A stretch of 64,000 nt of DNA from Actinomycetes bacterium. GTDB lineage: Bacteria; Actinomycetota; Acidimicrobiia; Acidimicrobiales; Microtrichaceae. The position numbers were made by a program, and so were the translations under genes. The notes under the pieces were generated by a model. That model searched no databases, was not told the origin of the DNA, and saw only the letters and a program-made list of their open reading frames with translations. The DNA lies in NCBI GenBank assembly GCA_037141255.1, contig JBAXCX010000001.1:67-64066 (forward strand). Reading direction: 5' to 3'. Positions 47,110-56,383 of the stretch are shown here, piece after piece; position 1 is the stretch's first letter, and each line of letters opens with the position of its first letter.

Positions 47110-48435
47110 CTACAGATCCCGTCCGTCAAGGTTCTCGATCGGCCAAGCAATGAGTTCTCCAGCCATTCGCTCGAGATCTTCGGTTGCATCAACATCCACG
47201 GGGACCTCATCGATGCGCACATGCTCTGTTGCTAACTGAGCAGCCAGCAACTCAATGTGCGCCGCCGAGCTTGCGAGCTGCCCCTCAAGACCCCAAAGTT
47301 GCAGAGCAACAGGCTGCTGTAGCTCTTCTGCTAATTCGAGTAGTTCTGCAGTGGTGTCGTCGAGGCCTTCGATACCACCAATCTGATCGCTCACTGCAAA
47401 GTAGGGACGGCCCTCAAGGCTGCAGACTAAAGCAGCAGCCGCTGCAAAACCTGGGGTGAATTTGGCAGGAATGCAGAGGTTGCCGGGAAATGAGGTGGGG
47501 AAGCTTCGGGCAAGCCAGAACCCTGCTGCACCAGGGTCTGCAATCAGGGTCCCCTGTTCGGGAAGCATGCCAGCTAGGTGCAGAGCAGCTCGAGGCGGCG
47601 TCAAAGGAACAGTCTCGGACTCATACATCTCTGTGATTACCCCACGGAGTTGCTCATACATCGCTGCCCTCAGAGGCATCTCTTGGGAAGCAGTCCACCC
47701 GGTGCTCAGCGCATGGAGTTGAGTAGGGGGAACCTCTTGGGTTACAAGACCGTCAAGAAGTTTCGCAGGCGTTTCATCAGGGTCGACGCCACTCAGAATG
47801 ACAATCTCTGCTTGATCAAGGCCCGTGCACTCGGCGTCTCGTTGTTGCAAGCCGAGAGTTCCAAAATGAAAGGGGCTGTCCCACCGCTCCACTCCCTTTG
47901 CCCCCCAACTCGTCACGATGCCGCAGCTAGCGGTTCGAGCGAAGGCTCGAACCCCAGCGAGGCCATTGGAGCGAACGAGTCCAGGGCCAACAAGCATCAC
48001 GATGTTCAAGCTGGCCAATGATGGGTCGAGGGTGATGACCGGAACGCGCTCCACTTGGCGAGTAGGAGCCAAATCTTCGGGGACTGTTTCGGTGAGATCG
48101 AGATCTAGGTGTAGTGCGAGTGTGCCGGGAAGGACTATTCCCGGTGGGTCAACCAGGGCATCGAGAAACTCGACCGCAGTGGTCACTGTTTGAAGTGGAG
48201 CGAGTCCACCCGGGCTAGAGGAGAGGTGAAGGATGGGGCCCTCAAGCAGAGCTGCGCCGAGCCGGCCACTGCCATCGTGGTGGCCCAGTCGACCGTCCGC
48301 ATCGGCTAGTAGCACGGCAAGGTCGGGGTTCTGCACGGGGATCTGTTGCAAGTTGCCGAGCGGGAGTCCGTAGATGCGACTCACGCCGAGCGAACGCAGG
48401 CGCTCTTCAACAACATCGGCAATGGTGCGCTTCAT
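47110..48435 (-). CDS. Degenerate thiamine-diphosphate enzyme-fold protein (ALS-like)
   Basis: N-terminal LRSLGVSRIYGLP and middle domain VGPGLVR...VTSWGAKG...FGTLGL...AEIVILSGVD; no GDG...NN motif. Confidence 0.55.
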   Translation of the reverse strand: MKRTIADVVEERLRSLGVSRIYGLPLGNLQQIPVQNPDLAVLLADADGRLGHHDGSGRLGAALLEGPILHLSSSPGGLAPLQTVTTAVEFLDALVDPPGIVLPGTLALHLDLDLTETVPEDLAPTRQVERVPVITLDPSLASLNIVMLVGPGLVRSNGLAGVRAFARTASCGIVTSWGAKGVERWDSPFHFGTLGLQQRDAECTGLDQAEIVILSGVDPDETPAKLLDGLVTQEVPPTQLHALSTGWTASQEMPLRAAMYEQLRGVITEMYESETVPLTPPRAALHLAGMLPEQGTLIADPGAAGFWLARSFPTSFPGNLCIPAKFTPGFAAAAALVCSLEGRPYFAVSDQIGGIEGLDDTTAELLELAEELQQPVALQLWGLEGQLASSAAHIELLAAQLATEHVRIDEVPVDVDATEDLERMAGELIAWPIENLDGRDL

Positions 48436-49274
48436 GGGGAGTCGTCAGTGGGTGGGGCGAGCATATCGAGGGCCTGTTCCACAGCACCGACCAACTCTGG
48501 TTCCAAGTCGGCAAATGAGTTCACCGCAGACAGCAACCGCTTCCAGCCATCAGTAGTTGATCCCCAGCCCAAGCGTCTACAGATGCCGGCTTTCCACTCT
48601 TCACCCTTTGGCACCTCGGGCCAGGAGTCAATCCCCATCGATCGGGGACGAACGCATTGCCAAATATCAACAAAGGGGTGACCAACGATGAGTACGTTGG
48701 GATCATGGATCTGCTGCGTCAGGCGGGTTTCCTTTGACCCAGGAATTAGGTGATCAACCAGAATCGCCAACCGTCGATCTGCTTGAGGGGCAAACTCTTG
48801 AACCACCGCAACGAGGTCATCAATGCCGCGCATGGGCTCAACCACGATGCCCGACTCTCGCAACTCATCACCCCAGACTCGCTCAATGAAACGAGCATCA
48901 TGGTCACCCTCGACCCAGAGCCGACTTGGCTGAGCAACCCGCGCCACCTGCTCGGCAGCTACCACTCCCCCGGCTGCTGACCGCCGTGTTTCGCCCTCGG
49001 CAGGAGTCGCCGGCCGGCCTGGGCGCACCAGCGTGACGGTCTCTCCGTTGTGAGCGAATGATCCGGGGTGATTCTCGAACGTGTGCCGGCCGCCGGAGCG
49101 GTCTTTGATGACCACGAGTTGATCCGTGAACTTCAGCAACCTGCCGCGAATCGAGGTGGAGCGATGCACCAGCATCAGATCAGGTGCGGCCGGGAGCTGC
49201 CGGTAGCTCTGGGCGAGCCGTTTGGCTCCGGCAATACCACCAACGCTGCGATCGGCAAGGATGTCGTCAACCAT
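48432..49274 (-). CDS. DUF3097 family protein
   Basis: ARVAQPSRLWVEGDHDA, VWGDELRESGIVVE, LVDHLIPGSKE, GHPFVDIWQ. Start reset to ATG 49274. Confidence 0.8.
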   Translation of the reverse strand: MVDDILADRSVGGIAGAKRLAQSYRQLPAAPDLMLVHRSTSIRGRLLKFTDQLVVIKDRSGGRHTFENHPGSFAHNGETVTLVRPGRPATPAEGETRRSAAGGVVAAEQVARVAQPSRLWVEGDHDARFIERVWGDELRESGIVVEPMRGIDDLVAVVQEFAPQADRRLAILVDHLIPGSKETRLTQQIHDPNVLIVGHPFVDIWQCVRPRSMGIDSWPEVPKGEEWKAGICRRLGWGSTTDGWKRLLSAVNSFADLEPELVGAVEQALDMLAPPTDDSP

Positions 49275-50766
49275 GAGCTGCAGTCCACTCGCTGCCAACC
49301 CATCCAGCAGAGCCGGGACGCAGGCCCTCAGCAAGCTGGAAGAGGGTGGACAGGCCCTGATTGGTGAGCAGGAGAACCTCTGCAATGGTTCCCGTCTTGG
49401 CGTCGAGTGCTGCCGAGAGCGCCTGCCCGTTCGCCGATTTTTTGCCCGGTGCATCCGTGCTGATGAGCAGTACTTGGGTTCCCGATTGCACATCTGCTTG
49501 CTCAGCAAGAAGCAACGACAAGGCTGAGGCCTTCCCAAGAGACCGAAACAACGTCTCAGGTCGCTTCAACCCCGGCCGAGCGGCACTGAACGCTCCCGAG
49601 AAATCAACCACAAGGCGCTGGCTGCGAGCATCTAGTACCGAAAAGCTGAACTCGATTCCGGCCACCTTGATACTTTCAAGAATTGGACCAAACTGCTCAA
49701 AGCCGGCCTGCACCAGCATGCGACGAGCAACTTCTTTGGCCGCAAGACCCTCTCGGTGGGCCTGCTGAAGCCAGTCCTCTTGGCTGGTGCCGGCCGAGGG
49801 AACAAGTGGGATGGCACCTCGCTGCTGCCCAATCAGAGCAATGCGCTCTTTCGCCTTACGGACATAGTCAGCATCGGTGTCATAGCCAACAAAGTGGCGC
49901 TCGGTCTGAAGGGCCGCAACTGCGGTGGTTCCCGAACCCATGAACGGATCCAAGATGAGGTCACCTTTGTAGGAATACAGATTGATCAGTCGCTCAGGTA
50001 GGGCTACGGGGAAAGGTGCCGGATGGCCGACTCGCTTTGCTGACTCAGGTGGGATCTCCCACATGTCGAGCGTGGCATCCATGAACTCATCCCGATACAT
50101 CGTTGACTCGTAGGGCAACTCACGATCTTTGCGAATATCTGCAGAGAGTGGGCGGTCAAAGCGCCCCTTGGAAGCAATAATCACCCGCTCAGTCAAATCT
50201 CGAAGAACGGGATTTGTGGCCCGCTGGAAACTGCCCCATGCACAAGAACCTGAAGCTCCCCGTTGCTTCACCCAGACCACTTCACCGCGCAGCAACAAGC
50301 GAAGGTCGTCTTGCAGGATTGAGGTGATATCGGCCGAAAGGGAGCGATAGGGCCGGCGGCCCAGATTGGCCACGTTGACCGCTATGCGTCCACCGGGTTC
50401 AAGAGTGCGTACACATTCAGCAAATACTTCTCGCAACATCTGCAGATAGTCCAGGTAGGTGGCAGGCACGTGTTCGGCCTCGAGTTCGGTCTCGTAGGCT
50501 TTCCCAGCGAAATAGGGTGGTGAGGTCACAACGAGTGCCACGGACCCATCTGCTACCTGATTCATCTTGGCTGCTGTGCCCAAGAAGACTTGATCGATGC
50601 ACCGCACCTGGTGGTCATTCGAGATTTCATCTGCAGTCGAGACCTGAGGAGCGGCAAAGCGCGCGTAGAAGTCGCTGGCGTCATGCCCCTCACGTTTGCC
50701 AACGCCAAAGTCAGAAGTAGAGGTGGACCTCCTCTTCTTTGGCTCGGTTGCATCGGCTCCTGGCAC
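49267..50766 (-). CDS. Beta-class DNA methyltransferase (N4-C/N6-A) with C-terminal extra domain
   Basis: TSPPY precedes HPAPFP and DPFMGSGTT; ~170-aa C-terminal extension. Confidence 0.88.
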   Translation of the reverse strand: MPGADATEPKKRRSTSTSDFGVGKREGHDASDFYARFAAPQVSTADEISNDHQVRCIDQVFLGTAAKMNQVADGSVALVVTSPPYFAGKAYETELEAEHVPATYLDYLQMLREVFAECVRTLEPGGRIAVNVANLGRRPYRSLSADITSILQDDLRLLLRGEVVWVKQRGASGSCAWGSFQRATNPVLRDLTERVIIASKGRFDRPLSADIRKDRELPYESTMYRDEFMDATLDMWEIPPESAKRVGHPAPFPVALPERLINLYSYKGDLILDPFMGSGTTAVAALQTERHFVGYDTDADYVRKAKERIALIGQQRGAIPLVPSAGTSQEDWLQQAHREGLAAKEVARRMLVQAGFEQFGPILESIKVAGIEFSFSVLDARSQRLVVDFSGAFSAARPGLKRPETLFRSLGKASALSLLLAEQADVQSGTQVLLISTDAPGKKSANGQALSAALDAKTGTIAEVLLLTNQGLSTLFQLAEGLRPGSAGWVGSEWTAAHG

Positions 50767-50844
50767 TGCGACTCCCGTTCAGATCAACTCGAACTTTACG
50801 GGGCCACTGTGACGCTCGCGAGCTCATCGCCCAGATTGACTGAT

Positions 50845-51759
50845 TTAGTAGCGCAGGCCCGGTGCTCGTGTGAAGAAAACATCCGTGGCGAGTTGCTGAC
50901 CAAGCTTGCTGGCATCCCAGCGCTTCGAGTTGTTGTTGATGGTTGGCCCATCTGTCCAACCCTGCATCAGAATGATGTTCTCGGCCACGGCACGAATAAT
51001 TTGCCCCGTCACATGGTCAGCCTCATCAGAACAAAGCCAGGCCACCAGCGGAGAAGAGACAGACGGATCCATGCGGTTCCACTCGTCTTCGGGCACCTCA
51101 TCGGCCTCGATCACCGCTGGGGCATTCGGCATGGTTCCGGTGATTCGTGTTGCAGCAGCTGGACCTACGGCGTTGACGGTGACACCCATTTTGTACAACT
51201 CCAAACTAAGGGTTTGGGTCAAACTGGCGATTGCCGCCTTTGCCGGTGCGTAATTGGTCTGGCCGAAGTTTCCGGTAAGCCCGGCGCCCGACACCGTGTT
51301 GATGATGCGACCGTTTACCTTCGCACCGGTTTCCTTATTGACGTTTCGCCAGTGCACGGCGGCATGCTTGCAGGGTGCCCAGGTGCCACGCAGATGCACC
51401 TTGATGACTGCATCAAAATCTTCTGGAGTCATGTTAAAGATTGAACCGTCGCGAACAATCCCGGCGTTATTCACCAGAATATCAAGACGACCAAAGGCAT
51501 CCACGGCTTGGGCAATCATCTCGCCTGAGGCCTCGTAGTCAGAGACATCGCCGTAGTTCGACACGGCCTCGCCGCCACGGGCTTTGATGATCTCAACAGT
51601 CAGATCTGCATCGTGTCCGACACCTTCGCCCTTGACGGAGCCGCCAAGGTCATTGATCACGATCTTTGCTCCGTGCTTGGCAAGTTCGAGCGCATGGCCA
51701 CGGCCAATACCGTGACCCGCTCCCGTAACGATGGCAACTTTGCCGTCCAACATACCCAT
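50845..51759 (-). CDS. SDR family oxidoreductase (3-hydroxyacyl-CoA dehydrogenase-like)
   Basis: TGAGHGIG, INDLGGS, NNAGIVRD, NYAPAK. Confidence 0.9.
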   Translation of the reverse strand: MGMLDGKVAIVTGAGHGIGRGHALELAKHGAKIVINDLGGSVKGEGVGHDADLTVEIIKARGGEAVSNYGDVSDYEASGEMIAQAVDAFGRLDILVNNAGIVRDGSIFNMTPEDFDAVIKVHLRGTWAPCKHAAVHWRNVNKETGAKVNGRIINTVSGAGLTGNFGQTNYAPAKAAIASLTQTLSLELYKMGVTVNAVGPAAATRITGTMPNAPAVIEADEVPEDEWNRMDPSVSSPLVAWLCSDEADHVTGQIIRAVAENIILMQGWTDGPTINNNSKRWDASKLGQQLATDVFFTRAPGLRY

Positions 51760-51901
51760 GAGTTCTTTCCTCCATACGGTCAACTCCCGCCAGAGGCTCA
51801 ACACCCGAACTGGTGCCCTCTACGATCCGACGGGAAATCAGATCCTAGAGGGCAAGCCGGTTCTTCACGAAAACAAGGAGCCGAGGCCGATCAGACCCCC
51901 G

Positions 51902-52711
51902 TCAGGCGAGGAGTTCGACGCCCTCGGCTTCGGACTCACCCGTTTGAGCCTCATCGCCGCCCGTTGCGAGCTTCCAGATGAATGCGCCAATCACGCCGCC
52001 GACTATCGGGGCCACGATGAAGAGCCAGAGTTGCCCAAGGGCTGTTCCGCCCTCGAACAAAGCGGGGCCGAGCGAGCGAGCAGGGTTGACGCTTGTGTTG
52101 GTAATGGGAATGCTAATCAGGTGGATCAGCGTCAGCATGAGGCCGATGCCGATGGCGGCTTGGGCTTTGGAGGCTGCCTTGGTGGTCACACCCAGAATGA
52201 CAATAATGAACAATGCGGTGAGCACCACTTCAGCAATGGCGGCACCGGCAAGGTTGTAAAAGATTCGACCGTTCTGCTGGCCATAAGCATTTGAGGCAAA
52301 GGAACCCTGTTCGATCTGGAACCCGCCGGGCTTTGAAGATTGGATTGACCACAGCACCGCAACTGCGGCGATGGAGCCAAGGCATTGCACGATCACGTAT
52401 GCAGGAAGGTCTTTCCATGCGAAGCGTTTTGCGGTAGCCAGTCCAAACGAGACTGCCGGGTTGAAGTGACCTCCAGAAACATGCCCAAACGCGTAGGCCC
52501 CGCACAGCACGGTCAGACCGAAGGCGAAACTCACACCGAGATACCCGATACCGAAGTTCGTCACCGTAGTCACACCAATATCGACGCCCCCAATGCCAAC
52601 CTTGCCTGTGGTGGGAGCAAGCGCTCGAGCGGCGAAGATTGCCGAACCGCAACCTCCGAGTACCAACAAAAACGTGCCAAGAAACTCAGCACCAAGCTTT
52701 TTTGCCAACAT
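51902..52711 (-). CDS. aqpZ: Aquaporin Z (MIP family)
   Basis: AEFLGT, SGGHFNPAVS, TNTSVNPARS; AGGAG RBS before ATG 52711. Confidence 0.9.
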   Translation of the reverse strand: MLAKKLGAEFLGTFLLVLGGCGSAIFAARALAPTTGKVGIGGVDIGVTTVTNFGIGYLGVSFAFGLTVLCGAYAFGHVSGGHFNPAVSFGLATAKRFAWKDLPAYVIVQCLGSIAAVAVLWSIQSSKPGGFQIEQGSFASNAYGQQNGRIFYNLAGAAIAEVVLTALFIIVILGVTTKAASKAQAAIGIGLMLTLIHLISIPITNTSVNPARSLGPALFEGGTALGQLWLFIVAPIVGGVIGAFIWKLATGGDEAQTGESEAEGVELLA

Positions 52712-52819
52712 ATGTCTCCTTTTTTTTGCGACAGGGTACATAAGCGCCGAGTTCTCCAGCTCGTGGCCCTCAACGACTGGTTCGAATGTACTCTGCGGAG
52801 TTTGTGAACTCGCGGAACC

Positions 52820-53410
52820 TCAGCCCGAAATGACTTCGAGGGCCGTCCAGAGAGAGAGGCACGCAAAAATCACAGCCGCTGTCCGCCGAACTACTCGTAG
52901 CGGCAAGAAGCGCAAGAGTTGCTTGCCAGCCACCGCGGCAATTGCGGCCACGAGCCAGAGCGCGGCTAGGGCGCCGACCGCAACGGCTAGGGGCTGTGCA
53001 GTTCGCGCAGCCATGCCAGCGGTGGTGATCTGGGTGAGGTCGCCAAACTCGGCCAGAAAGATCAGGCCAAAGCTGCGCAAAGCTATACCGAAAAACCCCG
53101 TGGCATCGCCTACTTCTGTTGCATCCTCTTCCTCATCTGCAGAACGCCAGAGCAGCACGGCTCCAACACCAAACAAAATGGCAACTGCAACGTTCACCGG
53201 CCGGTCGGGCAACTCCGAGATCAAGCCACCCAGAAGAACAGCGAGAGCCACCTGCACCGTGAACGCCGCAGCCACCCCACACCAGACGGGGAGTGGCCGC
53301 CCAAAGCGCGTGGTGAGCACCAGCGTGGCCATCATCGACTTATCGGGGAGTTCCGCCGGAAACACAGCCAAAAAAGTGGCCAAGGTAACCGCTAAGGCAG
53401 AACTAGACAT
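52820..53410 (-). CDS. TMEM165/GDT1 (UPF0016) cation transporter
   Basis: Twin motifs AELPDKS and AEFGDLTQ; six TM segments. Confidence 0.9.
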   Translation of the reverse strand: MSSSALAVTLATFLAVFPAELPDKSMMATLVLTTRFGRPLPVWCGVAAAFTVQVALAVLLGGLISELPDRPVNVAVAILFGVGAVLLWRSADEEEDATEVGDATGFFGIALRSFGLIFLAEFGDLTQITTAGMAARTAQPLAVAVGALAALWLVAAIAAVAGKQLLRFLPLRVVRRTAAVIFACLSLWTALEVISG

Positions 53411-53413
53411 CTG

Positions 53414-54694
53414 TTATACAGGGGGAGAGGATGGCGACTCAGAGATGGGCTTCGTTGGACGAAGCGTGATCTCTGGCACGCGTCCCGTGATGCGCAGATT
53501 GCCGCGCTCGTCCATGCAGCCAAGGTCGCCGGTACGAAAAAATCCGTCATCGTCAAAGGCTTCTGCAGTGCGCGCCTCATCGAGATAGCCCACCATCAGC
53601 TGCGGAGCCCGCACTCGAAATTCACCCTCTGAATCGTCCACAACGATGCTGTTATCGGCTCGAACTAAGCGGATCTCTACCCCCGCTGCTGGCTTCGCAT
53701 CGGTAGCTGCAAGCTCGCTTGGTGAATCGCAGAGGTCTGCAATGGTGAGCATCGGAGCTTCAGTCAGGCCATAGCCGCCGAGCACAGGAACGTCGAATAA
53801 GGCTCGAACTTCTTCTACGAGTTCGGCTGCGTTCGGCGACCCACAACCGATGAAGGCGCGCACATCTCCAAAGATCGGATGCAAAACCGACCGCTGAGCA
53901 GCAACATACGCCTGGTGATACTGCGTAGATGACCCAGCTAGCGTGACGCTCTCTCGCGAGAGCACCTCGATGCTCCCTTCAGGGTGAAAGGCGTCGATCA
54001 AAATATTGCTACAGCCAGATTGAAGACTTGCAAAGAGCCAGAGGATCCCGTTGACCTGAGTCACCTCTCCAACAAGAGCGTTTCGATCTCGCCCGATCAG
54101 ACCAAAGCGCTGAGCCATTGAACGGGCTGCTGCGATCAGGGTCGCATCACTGTGGCGAACACCCTTTGGCTGTCCCGTTCTGCCGGCGCTGTAGAAAATC
54201 CAAGCTGGCGGAGGCGGCTCGTCATCGAAGAATTGGGGCAGGGGCTCAAGGGTTGCTGAATCGCCTTGCGGGAGTGCTCGATCGGCGATGAGGAGACGGA
54301 TCAGACCTCCGGTCTGGGCAACCTCAGTTGCTATCTGTTCGTAGTCAAACCCCTCCCACACCGAGGGGACCACGAGCAAGTCTGAGTTCGCCTGAGAAGT
54401 GATGTGGGCGAGCTCGCTCTCTCGGCAGCTCGGTGAGATCGGATTTTGGACAACTCCAAGGCGATTGAGCGCGGCGGCGAGCACCAGAGATTCAATCCAA
54501 GTTGGTAGCTGCCAAGAAACAACCTGGCCGGCACCCACCCCAGCGGCGCACAGACCCGCAGCGGCCCGTTCGGCTTCTCCCCAGAACTCAGCGAAGGTGA
54601 GGGTACGCATGTCCTCGTCAACCATCATTAAAGCGTCGGGCGTAGCGTCGACCCGCTGCTCCATCAGTTTCCAGAGGGTTCGACCCTGCAACAT
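53414..54694 (-). CDS. C-terminally truncated, degenerate AMP-binding (ANL) protein
   Basis: YSAGRTGQPKG, YGLTE and TGDLG are present, but the protein ends shortly after the hinge GR. Confidence 0.7.
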   Translation of the reverse strand: MLQGRTLWKLMEQRVDATPDALMMVDEDMRTLTFAEFWGEAERAAAGLCAAGVGAGQVVSWQLPTWIESLVLAAALNRLGVVQNPISPSCRESELAHITSQANSDLLVVPSVWEGFDYEQIATEVAQTGGLIRLLIADRALPQGDSATLEPLPQFFDDEPPPPAWIFYSAGRTGQPKGVRHSDATLIAAARSMAQRFGLIGRDRNALVGEVTQVNGILWLFASLQSGCSNILIDAFHPEGSIEVLSRESVTLAGSSTQYHQAYVAAQRSVLHPIFGDVRAFIGCGSPNAAELVEEVRALFDVPVLGGYGLTEAPMLTIADLCDSPSELAATDAKPAAGVEIRLVRADNSIVVDDSEGEFRVRAPQLMVGYLDEARTAEAFDDDGFFRTGDLGCMDERGNLRITGRVPEITLRPTKPISESPSSPPV

Positions 54695-54770
54695 CGTTGA
54701 TTTCCTTGTCTGCGCGTCCTCGTGCGCTCGTCATCATAGAGAGTCGCTGCTCTCCCATTCGCCGGAGAGG

Positions 54771-55418
54771 CTAGGAGGGTGAATTCGGCTGCGGAACCTC
54801 AGTACCCGGCGGGACTACCAGTACCGTTCGTTGCCCAAGTGGGGCAGCCAAGGGCAGAGTGACTTCACGGGGAACTGCAGCGGCGCTGCACGGTGGCGCA
54901 TTCGGGGGGACGAGTACCACGGCGGCAAGCGTGACAGATTGACTTGTCTCGCTGACGCTTACCTGAGCGAGAACCTCCTCTGAGGAGACAGCACACGAGA
55001 TCACCGCAGTGATCGAGGACTCCTGAGGGGATGTTCGCGTTCGCACGGGTGCCACCGCAGTCTGAGCTTGACTCACAGAGAACTCCGGTGGAACTTGGAA
55101 GGCAAACGACAATGACCCGGGTGAGCTCAGCACTTGGCTCACACCCTCAGGTGCAGCAGCGCCACCGGGAAGCGTGTTTGACACCTCACCCGAGGGTGCG
55201 GCCGCTTCTAAGAGGGAGGTAGTGGTGAGTGAGGTAGTGGTGAGTGAGGTATTTGGCGTGAGGTCGCCCGTGACTGGCTCAGTGGGTGTGTTCGGCGAGC
55301 CGATCAGCAGCAGTGCGGCAAGGCCCGCTGCAGCGAGGAGCACGAACAGCGAAACAAAACCCCAGATGCCAAAAGTTTTACCCTTCCCATCCGTTCGCTT
55401 TTGCTCCCCCCAGGTCAC
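54771..55418 (-). CDS. Hypothetical membrane-anchored protein
   Basis: N-terminal TM, Thr/Pro-rich linker, two Cys; GTG 55418 forms a GTGA overlap with the cyclase stop. Confidence 0.65.
   Translation of the reverse strand: MTWGEQKRTDGKGKTFGIWGFVSLFVLLAAAGLAALLLIGSPNTPTEPVTGDLTPNTSLTTTSLTTTSLLEAAAPSGEVSNTLPGGAAAPEGVSQVLSSPGSLSFAFQVPPEFSVSQAQTAVAPVRTRTSPQESSITAVISCAVSSEEVLAQVSVSETSQSVTLAAVVLVPPNAPPCSAAAVPREVTLPLAAPLGQRTVLVVPPGTEVPQPNSPS
55216..55251. repeat. ~2.4 x 15-nt in-frame tandem repeat (TSLTT)
   Basis: gaggtagtggtgagt x2 plus gaggta. Confidence 0.75.
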
Positions 55419-56371
55419 AGCACAGCTACGGGTGCAACGGGTGCAGATGCTGCACCTACGATTGGTTCCGGTGCTGCGCACAGGAGAAAGCTCCACTGCT
55501 TCGCAGCAGCACAAGCCTCCGCGAGGCCCTCAAAGTCCCAATTCTGCCCTTGCAGCAGACCCATATCGCGAAGCTGAATCATGTGCACCGATAAACAGTC
55601 AGACCAGTCAGGCAGGTTCGGTGGAAGTGCCTCATAGGCATAGTTGTCGGTAAATGCACCCGCTACGTCGTGGCGATGCATCCACTCAATCGACTGCACC
55701 GAGAGCCCTGGTAAATGAAAATCTTGACCTACGGCATACCGCTGCCTCTCCCCGGCGTGATAGTGCCGCATCTCTGCGGTGCGTACGCAGATCACGTCTC
55801 CGGACTCAATCGTGATGCCTGCTGCTTCAGCGGCCTCATCAAGATCATCGCCGGTAATTGCGTATCCCGGGTCGACTTCATCAAGACCAGCGGCCCCCTT
55901 CAGGCGAGCAATATCCAACAACACCCCGCGAGTCACAATCTGGGGCAGCTTTTCTGCTCCCAACTTGGTAGCCCCGGCTGAAGCAGTGATCACCGAGTTG
56001 GGAATGTTGTTATAGAGCAGATCGTCATACGAGATATGACACAGCGCATCGATATGGGTTCCGGCGCAGGTGGACATGACGAGCAAGTCATCGGTACCCT
56101 CCCAAATTCCCGGAGCGAACTGATCGCGCTCGTTCAGCGAGGTGGTGGTGAGAATCGGGTTGAACCTTCGAGCAGGTTGGCCCACTTGTATGCCATCGGC
56201 GCGCAGCTCAACTGCTAGCGAGATTCGCTGGCCAGACTGAACTGAATCGACACCTCGCCGAGCCGATGCCTCAGTGAGCAGATTTCCACAGCCGAGTTCA
56301 TCATCGGTACCCCAGCGTCCCCAGTTGGACACACGGTCTGCTAGTTCGCTCAGGTTTCCGGGAAGTGCCAT
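55415..56371 (-). CDS. Cyclase family (kynurenine formamidase-like) metal hydrolase
   Basis: SNWGRWGTDDELG, GTHIDALCH, RGVLLD, H...LRDMG. Confidence 0.88.
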   Translation of the reverse strand: MALPGNLSELADRVSNWGRWGTDDELGCGNLLTEASARRGVDSVQSGQRISLAVELRADGIQVGQPARRFNPILTTTSLNERDQFAPGIWEGTDDLLVMSTCAGTHIDALCHISYDDLLYNNIPNSVITASAGATKLGAEKLPQIVTRGVLLDIARLKGAAGLDEVDPGYAITGDDLDEAAEAAGITIESGDVICVRTAEMRHYHAGERQRYAVGQDFHLPGLSVQSIEWMHRHDVAGAFTDNYAYEALPPNLPDWSDCLSVHMIQLRDMGLLQGQNWDFEGLAEACAAAKQWSFLLCAAPEPIVGAASAPVAPVAVL

Positions 56372-56383
56372 CGACGCGCTCTC

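Noticed and set aside
49267-50766. Complete restriction-modification system or defence island
   Set aside because: There is no recognisable active endonuclease, integrase or compositional shift.
53405-53420. yybP-ykoY Mn riboswitch ahead of the TMEM165 gene
   Set aside because: There are only 3 nt of intergenic space and no recognisable motif.
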